Shown piece by piece: positions 26,445-39,899 of a stretch of 64,000 nt of DNA. Under the pieces are notes generated by a model. It was not told the DNA's origin. It did not search any database and saw nothing but the letters and a program-made list of their open reading frames with translations. Location of the stretch: assembly GCA_051362555.1 (NCBI GenBank), contig CM120643.1, positions 2,046,001 through 2,110,000 of the forward strand, given 5' to 3'. The position numbers and the translations under genes were made by a program. Within the stretch, counting starts at the first letter, position 1. Each line of letters starts with the position of its first letter. The stretch comes from Lingula anatina. Lineage: Eukaryota; Animalia; Brachiopoda.

Positions 26445-27800
26445 TCAGGTGTAGCATCAGGTAACCCGTGTCCACGGTGGATATCTATAGGACACCTAGA
26501 GTACCAGGTATAGCATCAAATAGCCCATGTCCACGGTAGATATCTATAGGACACCTGGAGTACCAGGTATAGCATCAGATAGCCCATGTCCACGGTAGAT
26601 ATCTATAGGACACCTGGAGTACCAGGTATAGCATCAGATAGCCCATGTCCACGGTAGATATCTATAGGACACCTAGAGTACCAGGTATAGCATCAAATAG
26701 CCCAAGTCCACGGTAGATATCTATAGGACACCTGGAGTACCAGGTAGAGCATCAGATAGCCCGTGTCCACGGTAGATATCTATAGGACACCTGGAGTACC
26801 AGGTATAGCATCAGATAGCCCGTGTCCACGGTAGATATCTATAGGACACCTGGAGTACCAGGTATAGCATCAAATAGCCCATGTCCACGGTGGATATCTA
26901 TAGGACACCTAGAGTACCAGGTATAGCATCAGATAGCCCATGTCCACGGTGGATATCTATAGGACACCTGGAGTACCAGGTATAGCATCAGACAGCCCAC
27001 GTCCACGATAGCTATCTATAGGACACCCGGAGTACCAGGTATAACATCAGATAGCCCATGTCCACAATAGATATCTATAGGACACCTGGAGTACCAGGTA
27101 TAACATCAGATAGCCCATGTCCACGGTATATATCTATAAAACACCTGGAGTACCAGGTATAGCATCAGATAGCCCATGTCCACGGTAGATATCTATAGGA
27201 CACCTGGAGTACCAGGTAAAGCATCAGATAGCCCGTGTCCACGGTAGATATCTATAGGACACCTGGAGTACCAGGTATAGCATCTGATAGCCCATGTCCA
27301 CGATTGATATCTATAGGACACCTTGAGTACCAGGCATAGCATCAGATAGCCCATGTCCACGATTGATATCTATAGGACATCTGGAGTACAAGGTATAGCA
27401 TCAGATAGCCCATGTCCACGATTGATATCTATAGGACACCTGGAGTACCAGTTATAGCATCAGATTGCCCATATCCACGATTGATATCTATAGGACACCT
27501 GGAGTACCAGGTATAGCATCAGATAACCCATGTCCACTGTAGATATCTATAGGATACCTGGAGTACCAGGTATAGCATCAGACAGCCCATGTCCACGATA
27601 GCTATCTACAGGACACCTGGAGTACCAGGTATAGCATCAGATAGCCCATGTCCACGGTAGATATCTATAGGACAACTGGAGTACCATGTATAGCATCAGA
27701 TAGCCCATGTCCACGGTAGATATCTATAGGACACCTGGAGTACCAGGTATAGCATCAGGTACCCCGTGTCCACGGTAGATATCTATAGGGCACCTGGAGA
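26445..27800. repeat. 59-bp minisatellite, ~23 copies
   Basis: Unit GAGTACCAGGTATAGCATCAGATAGCCCATGTCCACGGTAGATATCTATAGGACACCTG in tandem, with point variants. Confidence 0.95.
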
Positions 27801-28398
27801 AAATGAGGCTATCAAGGTGAATATCCCTGATGAAGATGTTCTGCTAGACATCAAAATATTAGAGGTAAAATCAATTTCAATATTAAGCTGTTGACCAAAG
27901 AAAAATTACTTCATTCTTATAACATAACACAGTTGATGAAATTCTTCTCTGGAGTAGGTGCTGTTTTGATTTCACCAGCTGTTATCTAACCTCGCTGAAG
28001 GTTTGTGGGAAGACGACAGCCACATCACTAACTACCGCAATACGCGTGCGCCATCTTAGCCATTTTATAATGCCATTTAGTTTCAGCTCTATTGATGACG
28101 TGTGCAATATCACGGCAGCTTTCTTATTCGCTTTGTTATGTAATTGAATCTGTTTGTCTTTGGTTATTATGGTCATAAGGGTGTAACCTGTAGTTATTGA
28201 TCTGATACATTCAAAGTATCAAACGTGAATGCAAATAGTTTAAATAGTTTATTGCATACCATAGGTCAAATACTTCAAGGAGTTCGTGGTTACATGTATG
28301 TTGGGCGGAAAAGAAGGCAAAGGAGTGACTAGACTTGTTGGCACCCTTCACGTTTACTTGTTGTGTTGTCCAAAGGTTGAAATCCTCTGTTCTTTTAG

Positions 28399-29175
28399 TT
28401 AGGAATAGCACCTGTTGGGGACGAGGCGATGTACGTTACCATACATTGGACGGCCTGGAGTTCCTCTACAACACCCCTACTGATAGACTTGGCGTTATGG
28501 TCATGTCCTTTATGTTTCTTCCTTGGTGGGTGGTTACGACTCAAGAACTCTTTAATGGGGAGCCGAAAACGCGCATCGATGAAGTCTACGTCAAGTGTTC
28601 AGGCCAATTCTTTAGGGCTGACTTAGGTCCTGCTGTGGCATTATGGGTGAGTCTTCTTCCCAATAGTTTTCTTTCCAGTGAACACATGCTGCATGCATTA
28701 AGTTGTCGATTATTTCTATCTCTCTCGTCAGAAATTTTATGCAAAACAATTTTGAGCTATGGCCAAAGTCTTTTGTTTACTGTGTGCATTCTAATTGTTC
28801 CCAATGCTTGCAAATGTAGTCCATTGCGCTAGACATGTACTAACATATTTGTTTGCATTTTGCTTCCAGTATTGGTCCCGGGCAGGGTGGGTTGCAATTC
28901 CACCACCACCACCACCACTCAACTTTGCCGGAGGAGCTGTTACCGTGGATTATTTTGCTCCCAGAGGTTACAGTATATCTTGCCATGCCGTTCCAATGAC
29001 TGTTTATGTCGCTTTGCACTCCTTCTGGATAACCTTGACCCCCTTACACTCCGCCGCTGAACGTGGAGTACGTGGTATTTGCGGGGACTACAATGGCTTT
29101 CCACAAAACGACTACGATAACCTAGGGCCGCTCGTCCTTCCACCATGGGCTCCTCTCGTGTTACCTCCCTTGTAA
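28399..29175 (+). CDS. Single-VWD protein copy A2: exons 2-3 intact, own exon 1 and promoter deleted (partial gene or pseudogene)
   Basis: Exon 28399-28646 (TCWGRGDVRYHTLDG; TTTTAG / GTGAGT) and exon 28870-29175 (VRGICGDYNGFPQND) are both open. Upstream sequence jumps from the A1-equivalent of ~5515 to ~6366. Confidence 0.75.
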
Positions 29176-32149
29176 ACACTGACGACAAACTGGACTGAAT
29201 CCCGTATGCATACGGACGATGAGTTCTGAATATAGGGGAACGCAAACTGCATTTTCACTTCTCTTAGTTTATTTAAATGTATTCATTATTGGGCTGTATG
29301 GTAAGGATTTAAGTTTAATACATTTATTGTCTCTCCATTTAGGTAATTTGTCAGAAACTGAATTCCATAATAACGCAGACAATGAGGGCTGTAAAATGGG
29401 GAACGCATACTGCAGTTTCACTTATCTTTCTTAATTTCAAATATTGATTATTGTATATGTAGGGTTTGGATTTTAATTTACTGGGCTTTCCATTTAGAAT
29501 CTTATTCAAGTCACTTTGTCGCTGACGTATTCTGTATTTATTTAATTTTGGCAGTACTCAGTAGATATGGTGCTTAAGGTCAGGTTTTTTGTGAAGACAT
29601 GCGGTTGCGTATTAATTTTTCGTGTATTATTTTTGATGGTATATTTGATGTAACGTAGACGTCAATGCTATCTTACCGGGTACATAGTAAAGATTGAAAT
29701 TTACCCAACTAACAAATCCGATATATTTGTGTTTTGATAGAGATATTTAGATATGTTAATTACAAATACCAGGAATGAGTGAAATGACAAACATATTAAT
29801 GTATGGGTGTTTTTATCATTTCCATCATGGTGCTTTGCATCACTCTAAATTTAGATACTTCTGTAAACTATTTTTTTCGCTTCTATTAGTATGGTTGTTC
29901 AGTTTTCAATGTCGATGTGTTCTTTTTACTTTCCATGATGCCTTTTTTGATTGTGACAAAATGGCTATTAAATTTAATTAGTAAAGACATTAAAGTTAAG
30001 CAGAATCCAATTCAGTTTTGATTGTGTGTTTTTAATCAGGACTTAATTAATTTTCAATTAAGATATATTTGAGAGGGATTGAAAGTCAAACAAACGTCCA
30101 GTTTGACCATTTGCCATGCACGGAATATTGTTGCTGCGTAAAAAGTAAATGTTAGAGGTAATAATTGTAGAATTCAACATATTACTACTAACTGACATGA
30201 GCAAAATATGCACAACAAACGGTGTATAATTATGAGATTTATACCAATTATGTCTTTAAGCTTTGCCTCTGAATAAAAGGTGAAAAAGGTTACTGTAGAT
30301 TTATTTTCCTTATGTGATATTATATGCATGGTTAAGAAGTCATTTAGTAGTGTTTGAATGATAGAAATGCTAACTGTCCTTTACATCATCAAGCAAATCG
30401 TCCTTCCGATCATCAGAGGCAGAGACACCACCAGTGCACTGATTACCAAATTGACCACAAGCCACAGCGTCGGAAATAGTATTTTAAAACTTCTAATAAA
30501 AAGCGAGATATACGTGGTTCAAAGGGTCCCCATAGGGTTAAAATGTTGCCGCTCGTGGATATTCCAGGGTAATGTTGGCACAGTAGGAGGGTCCATAGGT
30601 TCAAAATGATGCCGCATGGGGAATCACAGAGGTCCGTCTCCTTGACCTAGACTAACCGTTTTACTGGTGCATGAAGCGAGATCCGAGGGAAAAGCAGTGC
30701 CTGTTGTTATTTGTGCTGTCCAGGCACCAGCACATAAACCCCAAATGCCTGAGTAAATAACAGGGTTTCTTGTGATCTATTTAACTGCAAGAATAAAAAA
30801 TAGCAAAGAAAACGCTGTGTTCCTTATGAATTATTGCGTAATTTTTTATAAAGATTTCATTTCATTAATCATCTTTGTTGGTAACTTTGAGAGATGTTAA
30901 AAGCAAATAGTTTTGTTTTAGTTACTGCATTCCATTTCTTCTGAAGATTTTAATTACTGTTTAGGAACTGAGGTACAGTATGTTTATTTTGGTTATTATA
31001 AGCAAGCTATTAAGTACACTATAATTTGTGTTTGGAATTCCTAGAATTTTGTCAGTACATGTTAGTTGTAGTCTATTTCCTGTCTTTGAGTAAATCTATT
31101 CATGGATTTTTTTCCACAGGGGGCAATTTTTTGGACATGTTACTAACAGATGATGGAAGGTTTCACAGTGTTCGTTCAAAAAAAAAAAAAAAAAAAAAAA
31201 AGGTACAGTCAGCTGCATCTTCAACGCCTATAATTCGTAGATAGTGTTTTGGTGCTAACTTATCTTTAAAATTTGAAATTGAAACCGGACCAGTTAAGTA
31301 CCTTAAGAACTTTGGAAAAGAATGCTATTCAGGACTTTCGGAATTTATATACGGTGCTATACTGTCTTTTTAGATATTCAATATTTAATTATGTGAATGA
31401 CCAGGAAAGCTTCTATATTGAAAATAAATCCCACACTGCCTGAGCACTGTAAAACCGGTTTCTTGTGACCCATCTGACTTCAAGTATTAAAAAGAAAAGA
31501 AAAGAAAACTTAGCAAACGCTGCATTTTTCATTTCGCTGCATTTAGTGTGTAATTTTTACAGAAATCCCATTTCATTTATCATTGAAGTACATGTAATTT
31601 CAAGGTTATTTTGAGATATGTAATAAGTCAAATATTTTCTAAAAATGAATCAGCGATAAAACCATATTTTGTAAAACTGCTCGGCAAATGGAATTTATAG
31701 AGCCATAGTTTTAGAAATCCTCAAAGAAAGAATACCTTTCTTGCTCCTAATAGTAAATGCATTACAAGTATATGTTTCCAAACATTTGTACTAGAACAAA
31801 TGACTTTAAAACAACTCTTTCTACCAGAAGCGGAATAGATTGGGGGGATAAAAATAGGTACAAGTTATCAGGCACATCAAAGACATTTTGTTGTTAAACT
31901 TTTTATTTGCGACCAGTCCTTTATTTGCGTAAGCTGTTCCATTATGCTATCTGAGCTAATGAAAGAAGTCCGTTGAGGGTTAATTATTTGTCCATCCCTC
32001 ATTCACTCCATTATGATTGCCGATCTACTTTCAACTAGCATATATTGCCATTTCTGTTTTATTTATTGCATTGGTTTTTCTGAATTGAATTCGCCAGAGA
32101 AGCAAACAAAAACGCATTGCCTATTCTATGTCATATGACAACCATTAAA

Positions 32150-33300
32150 ATAAATATTTTGGATCTCCATATTTTCCAAATTATTGTGTGTGTCTAGTCA
32201 CAGTAACTGTCGCTGTTACACTTGACCTGTTCTGGCTGCTACCAGCGCTCTGAAGTGGCAAGGCATTCTTTGGTATAGGTTTTTAGAGTTCAATCAGGAA
32301 TAGCATTCCAGACATCGGTCAAAATCTGTCCAATTTGGTCCAGTTTTGTTGAAGGACATGTAGGCCATTGATTGGGCGAGTAATGGCCTGCCCACATATT
32401 GTCTATGTGGTTCAAATATGGCGATTTTGATGACCAAGGTAGCTGCTCATTGCCTAGGTTCTGTAAGTAATCTGCTATTAAAAGTGCTGTGTGTGAACCG
32501 GCAATCTCACCGTTCAACCTAAAATTGTTCCTAAGGTACCCCCTATCAAATGATAGTCAAGCGGTTCCCATATTATTCCTTTTAATTTGATCTGGTTCAT
32601 GTTTTCGTCGAAGACTACTATTGGTGTTTCAGCATCAATGTGGTATCCACTTCAATACTAACGCTGTTAATGACCTTTGTCACTTTAGACGCGGCACACG
32701 ATTCGTCGTTGGCCTCCTCTGGATGTCTGTAAACTCTATTTTGACTAATTGAGCGGTACAGGTGAAATCTGACCTCAATAAAGAAAGCCACGAGGTTTAG
32801 GTGTTCAACCAAGAAACGGTCAAGGTCCCCAATTCATTAGAGAAACATACATCGATGTTTTGCTGTTTACAGTGGGTTCCTCGGAAGTCGTCTGGTGTTC
32901 TTACCTGCTAAAACCAGTTTGGTGTTTGCTAAGGGCCTCGAAAAATGCATTTTGGTGGCAATTAACCCCTCATTCTGAACGGACTGGGTGGTTTTTGTTT
33001 AGTTTCAACAGCACATATCGAAAGACAGTGGGTCCTGTACCCTGGTGGTAAGATTTCAATACATAGGGAGTGGCCTATGTGTAGGTACGTCAGTCTTGGC
33101 ATAATAATCTATAAAACTGTGCGAACCATTTGGTTTGGCACAATTATCTGTCTGGCAATTGCTGTCTTTTTTGCGCCATTCTGCCACAGATTAACAAATT
33201 TGTAAAGCACTGTATAGCTCATTTTACATACTGCAAAACCGACCACCTGCATGCAAAATTTCTAAATCTTCTATACAGTAGTTGCCGACATATAGATATT
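32150..33300 (-). mobile_element. Degenerate Tc1/mariner transposon remnant
   Basis: ORF 32290-32517(-) contains LPWSSKSPYLNHIDNMW, matching the Tc1 WPxxSPDLNPIENLW motif, followed by L...W..IP. Boundaries are approximate. Confidence 0.7.
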
Positions 33301-36300
33301 TTTTTGACAGAGCAAAGCTTTGACCTGCCCAAAGGAGCACCACCAAGTTAAATCACTGCATATTACATAATGTAGCAGCGCAACAAACCTGGTATTCAGT
33401 TAATTGGTAGCGACACACCTGACTGCATACTTCTCCATTCACAGATCTTATATGAGATCGAAGTTACCTAGGCATACCTTCAAAACTGAAATATTCCATA
33501 TTAAATGTCAAGTCTGCGTGATGGAAATAGCAAAGACGTTTAAAGTGATTGAGTCAGAAAGCTTTCAATTGTGGTAAATATTGCATATAAAACCCTCAGA
33601 GGATAAATAATTAAGTATTTTTTTCTTATTTTCTATCAAATTCGAGATAAATTGTACCTTACGTGTCTAATGGAACGCTGTATTTATGGAAATTCAAGTT
33701 ATTTAAAAACAAAATAATATTTTAGAGCATGACGAGCCTATAAATACTCCAGATATATTGTTTTTTCAAAGTGACCATTAAATTTCCTCTGTCCTCCTTT
33801 CAACATCTGTCTTCCGCCTCTTGACTTGCACAATCTTAAGTCCTCACTTTCATTATCGTTTGTATTTCCAAATACAATTAGAATTAACATTACAATCAAA
33901 AGTTGTTTCAAATCAAGCCATAAATTACCTGTTACCCTGTTAACCTATTTGCGGCTAGGGGTAAATTTACCTGTAGTGGAGAGAGAGCTCTTGTGTTTAA
34001 ACTTAGCTGATGAGTTGAACTGGTTCATCAGAATTTTTGACGTGTGAATACAGTATTACTTCTCTATTTTTAGAGATAAGTAAGTTGACTCTTCATTTTC
34101 CGTTTTTCGGGAAATGCTGAGCTGGAAAATGTAAAAGCTCCTAAAAATTCAGCAAACTGAAGAGATTTAGATTCGGAGACTGTTTGCAGTATTAATACTT
34201 GAAAGGTCCATACAGGATGAATGGTGATAAGAGGGTGAAAGTGCCCACCTTTGTACATGAAAAATAAATTTTGAATGAATGAAAAAAAATGATACCGAAT
34301 TAAAATTAAGGTCTTACACTTTAATATTCCACTGTAAAAATAATTTTGAAATATCAAAAATTGATGTCAAAATTACCTTGTCAAATACTCAAGAACATGT
34401 GTGTTTTAGGGGAGTTATGAAATACATTGTTACATTTCTATAGTTGTAGTAAGGTGACGACAGTGACATTTTGTAATTGGGTACAGAAGGTGCCAGTTTT
34501 AAAAAGAAAGGCAATAAGTGGCCAATTATTGCTTGTGATCAATATTTTGATTGCTTTATTCTTACATGTAGTGCTGATTGAAAGAAGAATCTCACAATGA
34601 CTTGAGGATAAAAGATGTTTATCTTTATATGAACCCCTGCCTAAGACAAGCTAATTATTCATGGTTGAAAAGACATGAATATAAGGTGAGATATATTTGA
34701 AAATCAGCTTGTCTTAGGTTGGTCTTAATATCTACTCAAAACTTATGTGGACATTTTCAGTCCATATGCTAGCAGTCTGCCATAATTTTTCCTGCCATAA
34801 GCTACATGCTTACATAGGATATGTAGACAGACAAAGTGTATCTTTGTACAAAAAGAATAACTCAAAAAAAAAAAAAAAAAAAAACGTAGGGAAGCAGAGT
34901 TTAGAATTAGTAAAAAAATTCAGTTGCAAGCAGAAAAAGAAAATTCATTTTCATGTAATGCATGCTAAAAAGGAAAATGTGTAAATGCCACCTTTACATC
35001 TTTACATCTTTTGCATAAAAAAATAAAATAAAAACCTTCATCACACACACCCTAGTTTCGTTACTTAACCTTCCGCGCCAGCATAATTTGTTATAGCACT
35101 AATTTTTTCCCAAATGAATGCCTTCCAATGTCAAGGAGATCAGTGACTTGGTAAATAGACCAAACAAGAGATCACCAGCTTATAATTAATTACCATACGT
35201 TTACCAGATAAAGCAAGCTAGCCACTATACTGATGAGCATCTGCTAGATGGCCAGTTTGAAATCAGTATATGCAAGGATGCACCTGATTTAATCAGAGCC
35301 AAAATATAATCATACGAAGTACTTTTTTGAAGAATTAATTTCACTGTCATACAGATTGTTAGCCATAACTGTTATGATGTATACTTTATTTTCATCCAGT
35401 TTTTACTTTTACCTTATCATTATTTTGGGAGAATTTATACCTTTTTCTTTTTATGGTTATTGGAAACATTCCAAATAGCTATTTAGAGTCCTTTTTACAA
35501 ATGATATTTTTTATTACTGCAACCGCTTCTTGCTTTCAGCATTTTTATTATTCTTTACAGAGTCTTTTTTTTTTACAAAATGTATATTGGTCATCAATAC
35601 AATTATTTAGAAAAAAAATAATGGTCTAGGAAAAAAGTTACATAAAATAAATATGCTGAACCAAGTTGCCCTAGTTACAAAACTTTTATACGTTAGAGTG
35701 AAATCAGTGATGGCTTCTTTGAGAAAATACCGTAATACACCACCCCTCCCTCTCTTATGGGATTAAAAAAATACTATTTATTTCCTATTTACTTGGGCCG
35801 CATCTCAAGTATTTAACATATAACTCCTTTTTACACAACAGGACACATGTCATTAGAAAAAAATATTTATGTTATATATATTCTGAAACAAATTGCTCTG
35901 ATTCATTAGACTGCATACAACAGGTATATCTAGCTACTCCCCCCATATATAACTCATTCAAAAATACCAAGTAACTATCCCTCAAGCCAAATAATTTTTT
36001 AAGCAAAAATATATATGCATAAACTTTATAATAGCTAATTATTTAAAGTAATTGGTGATAGGCATTTTGCCAATGGTTACTAGCACTCATCCTTACGTCA
36101 TTTGCAAGCTGAATAGGCTGGGTTAGTATCAAATATAACTTAAGTTAACACAAATCGCGCCATGCTATTAGAACGCACCTCTTTTGTATTTTGATTTTCA
36201 CAGATGTCATTTTCATCACCGCATGTAGGACATTAGGGAAAACAGATTTTCATTCCTGATACCGTTCACCCACACCCCCTGCGAACACTAGTTAAGAATT

Positions 36301-36964
36301 GGTGGGGGTTAGGCCAGTCTTTTCTCCCATCGCTGGGACTGGGAAAGAGGCATTTATAAGGGTGGTACATGCACATATAAGGGTGGTATAGGGATGAACC
36401 AATAAACTAAATGAGACTATGAAGATGCCACAGACGTCGCTTGCAGTTACTATATTTTTTATATTTGAATGCAGTTGACTTGCAACTACTTGGCTATAGG
36501 GTCAGTACACTAGTGTTAGTAGTCACCACCCCTAATTCTCCACGTTATATACATGTAGCAGAATCTAATTCCAGAGGTCATACTCTGTTATTTTTGTTTC
36601 AACAGTGTATTGTGTTAAATCTGAAGTTTCTTGACCGGAGTTGAGATAAACTATAATTAAATTAGCTAATTGCGTTGCATATTCAATTATGTGAATGAGC
36701 AGGGCAGCTTTTACTTTGAACATATCCCCAAAATAAATATAATGCTTGTAAAAATAGAACACCGTGACTTAAAAACAACTCTTTCTACCGGTAGCTGAAT
36801 AGATTGGGGGGAATAAAAACAAGTACAAGGGTGGCGGGAAGCAGGTTAATTGCTTCATTTAATATCAATTGTATTCTTAATCATGCTTTTTGTTGCGATT
36901 TCTGACCAATTCTTTATTTGCTTAAAATGTTTTGTGGTGTTGCCTGAGCTACTGACAGAAGTGC

Positions 36965-37003
<39 letters not shown>

Positions 37004-38628
37004 GGGTTAATTATTTATCTTTCCCTCATTCCCTCCATCATGCTTGATGATAAGCAAAATCTACTTTCAACTGCCATATGTTGCCATTTTTTTTGTCAGT
37101 GTTTTCTGCATTGTCTAAATAATTCAATTAGTGTATGTAGTAGTATATTAGGAGTTCTACAGGCCCCGAAATCGAGGGATAGCATACTTTCAATGCAATT
37201 TTTAAAGCGTAAATGAGGGAGATGATGCGTTGTGAGGAATGACGCATGCACTAGATACCCTTGGATACTTTCGAGGTGACAAGCAGAGGGAGGGGATCTT
37301 ATTTGTTAAGCGGATTTGTCAACAAACTAACACCTGAAGAACGTGCAGGAGGATTTGCAAATATAATGGTGAGTGCACTAGAGGCCCTTGGATACCTACG
37401 AGGTAATATCTCAAGTAGAGAGAGGCGGCTCTTGTGTATTAAACGGATTTGTAAACAATCTACCCGATAGAGTCGACAAGGCAACAGCCTTGTTACTGTT
37501 CATGTTTTGCTGAAAGTCATTTTATTTCACCAAAGATGGTCACGTTGAAATGTTGTATTATATAATTATTCTAATATTTGCTATTAAAATGAAAGGAAAT
37601 AACTCGTGTCATGTCATTCTGTTGCCTATAATTCCCCAATAAATATTTGCCAAGCAAAGGGTTGGAAGGTTTAGAATCTTTGTTTTGCTGAAAAATTGCA
37701 GAGTCTTTTTTTATTTTGCTAACGACTGTAGAGTTGAAACGGTGTATTATATAATTATTTTTATATTTTAAAATAAAGAAAAAACCCTGCAAAGTCACAC
37801 CATTTTCGGTGTTAATACCACACCACCATGCCAGCAAAAATTGTCACCGATCACTGCATTATTTGCTTGCGTATGGTCAGACACTCAATTACTAATGTAC
37901 AAATCGAGTAATGCAATCAACGAACATGGTTCACGACCAAGAAAAACAAAAAAGAACTGTGCTGTGAACTTTAAACAAGCAGTGTTTAATGCTGAACGCT
38001 GTCATGTATAGTGCGTTCGGGCTATATAACATTCAATATTCACATGTCTCACTTGTGAATTCAAATATTGCAAACATGTCCAGGCATGTTTATGTTTACT
38101 CAGATAAGGCAGACCGCTGGTCAACAAAGAAATACCACCGACCAGGGGTAACTATGGCTACCAAGTCTTTTTTAATTGTTTTCCTATTTTAAAGTCTTAT
38201 TATTATTATTATTTTTTTTTTTGCGTATTTAATTTTTTTATTACATCATTTCCTGTTTTTGAAAATCTTATCTTGTCTGTTTTGATTACAGTGGCGTCTC
38301 ATCTTATAGTTAAAAGTGCGTTTGCACTGAAGTTTGTTTCAATAACCGGGTATACAGACAGTTACGCTACGGCACGCAGTGGACGAAGCCCGTATTTGAT
38401 CGCTCAAGTGCCCTTGTACTCAACAGCTGAATCGAATATGTCTATGTCTAAATGATTTACACACCAAATAGTCAGGCATGCACGATGGAGAGGAAGAGGG
38501 AAAATGTAGGGAGGAGGATGTAAAAAGGAGAGGGAGGAGGAGGAGTTAGAGAGGAGGAGGGTGTAAAAGTATATTTTATCAAATATAAATAGCTTTCTCC
38601 TCACTCTAACTTCTCATTCTTTTACAAG

Positions 38629-39221
38629 ATGCTGAAGTGTCCAGAGTGCCCAAAAACCTTATCCAGAAAGGACAACTTGAATAGACACGTAATGAGTGTA
38701 CACCAGGTGAAAGCTCAGCTTAATCTGCAGGCGGGTAGTGAGTGTGGACCACTCATAGCCCCATTTACTGCCATGGTGACTGGTCCGACTGGCAGTGGAA
38801 AATCGGTTTTCGTGAAACGATTATTGTACACGCCCATTCAATGATTTCACCGCGCCCACAGAAAATAATTTGGTGTTACGATATCTGGCAACATTTATAC
38901 GAAGTCATGCTGGTCGAGGGAAAGGGTTTTATTGCGTTTCATCAACGCATTCCTTCCAATATCCAAGATGACGATTTCTTTGATCATAAAGTGAACAATC
39001 CCATAGTATTTGACGACCTATTTGCCGAGGCAGCTTTTGATACTAGAATACGCGACCTGTTTACCAAAGTATCACATCATCGCAATGTCAGCGTCATACT
39101 TATTACCCAAAACCTTTTTCCCAGAGAGAAGGAAGCGAGAACCATCTCCTTGAACTGTCATTATCTCGTCCTCTTTAAAAACTCTAAAGACTGTAAAGTA
39201 TTTACAAGAAGAGAAACATAA
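38629..39221 (+). pseudogene. Polinton A32/FtsK-like DNA-packaging ATPase, frameshifted, with N-terminal C2H2 zinc finger
   Basis: CPECPKTLSRKDNLNRHVMSVH zinc finger and Walker A PFTAMVTGPTGSGKS in one frame. After a frameshift: PQKIIWCY, Walker B IVFDDL, and LFTKVSHHRNVSVILITQNLF..RTISLNCHYLVLFKN, typical of Polinton ATPases. Confidence 0.85.
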
Positions 39222-39392
39222 GGCGGAACCGTTTACCAAAATAACTGATAAAATAGAAGCAGACCAACGCAAGTTGTGGAAAAGAAATGACCTTACCTTG
39301 GACGAAAAGGTTAATCTGAATGATGAACTGTTCCACGAGAAAGAGTCATACTGGAAACGACAAAAACACAGGAAGGACAGTACTATAACCCC

Positions 39393-39899
39393 ATGGCGGC
39401 CGAAACCGTGTATATGAAGACCACTCCTACACACAACTCAACACTCCCTCCGCCATACAGGACTGTAGGTTTACCGCAACGACCGCCCACCATTACCAGT
39501 GGGGTCGACCGTCCCATGGCGGGGTCTAAACGAAACCTGTTTGATAAAACACCAAGAGAATCCGTGCAAAAGCGTACGCGTTCGAAACACGCTGTTTCTC
39601 AAAAGACATATAATCTTAGACCGAAACCTAAACCAAAACAGACAGACATGGGGACTCCCTTATTACAGCGCCAGTATGTGTTGGATGCAGAATATGAAGG
39701 TCGATCTATGCCTGAACGCAATAACGAATACCGTACTGATTCTGATTTGTCTGACAGTATAGAATTGGCGAACACCAGAGAATCGGGGCAAACCGAAATG
39801 TCAAACACAGAGTCACCGGACAGCGAGTCAGAATGTGGTGAAGTTTCCAACGAGTCGGCTACAGAGACGGATGATAGTGAATCGGACAATTACAAATAA
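39393..39899 (+). CDS. Polinton-internal low-complexity ORF (basic/Pro-rich then Ser/Asp/Glu-rich), unknown function
   Basis: 168-aa ORF between the TIRs with a YNLRP motif and an acidic tail. No recognisable domain. Confidence 0.35.
   Translation: MAAETVYMKTTPTHNSTLPPPYRTVGLPQRPPTITSGVDRPMAGSKRNLFDKTPRESVQKRTRSKHAVSQKTYNLRPKPKPKQTDMGTPLLQRQYVLDAEYEGRSMPERNNEYRTDSDLSDSIELANTRESGQTEMSNTESPDSESECGEVSNESATETDDSESDNYK

Larger units (their letters stand above)
26240..30980 (+). repeat. Segmental duplicate of 4940-9250 (the A1 gene unit)
   Basis: Colinear similarity of upstream region, introns, exons 2-3 and ~1.7 kb of 3' flank (e.g. GACCACTGCAGGACAATGTCTT; GAGGGAAAAGCAGTG). Confidence 0.88.

Noticed and set aside
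26445-27800. CRISPR-like array
   Set aside because: Units are contiguous near-identical 59-mers without unique spacers, there are no cas genes, and the context is eukaryotic.
38629-38710. Host C2H2 zinc-finger transcription factor gene
   Set aside because: It is a single finger inside the Polinton TIR pair, contiguous with the viral-type ATPase.
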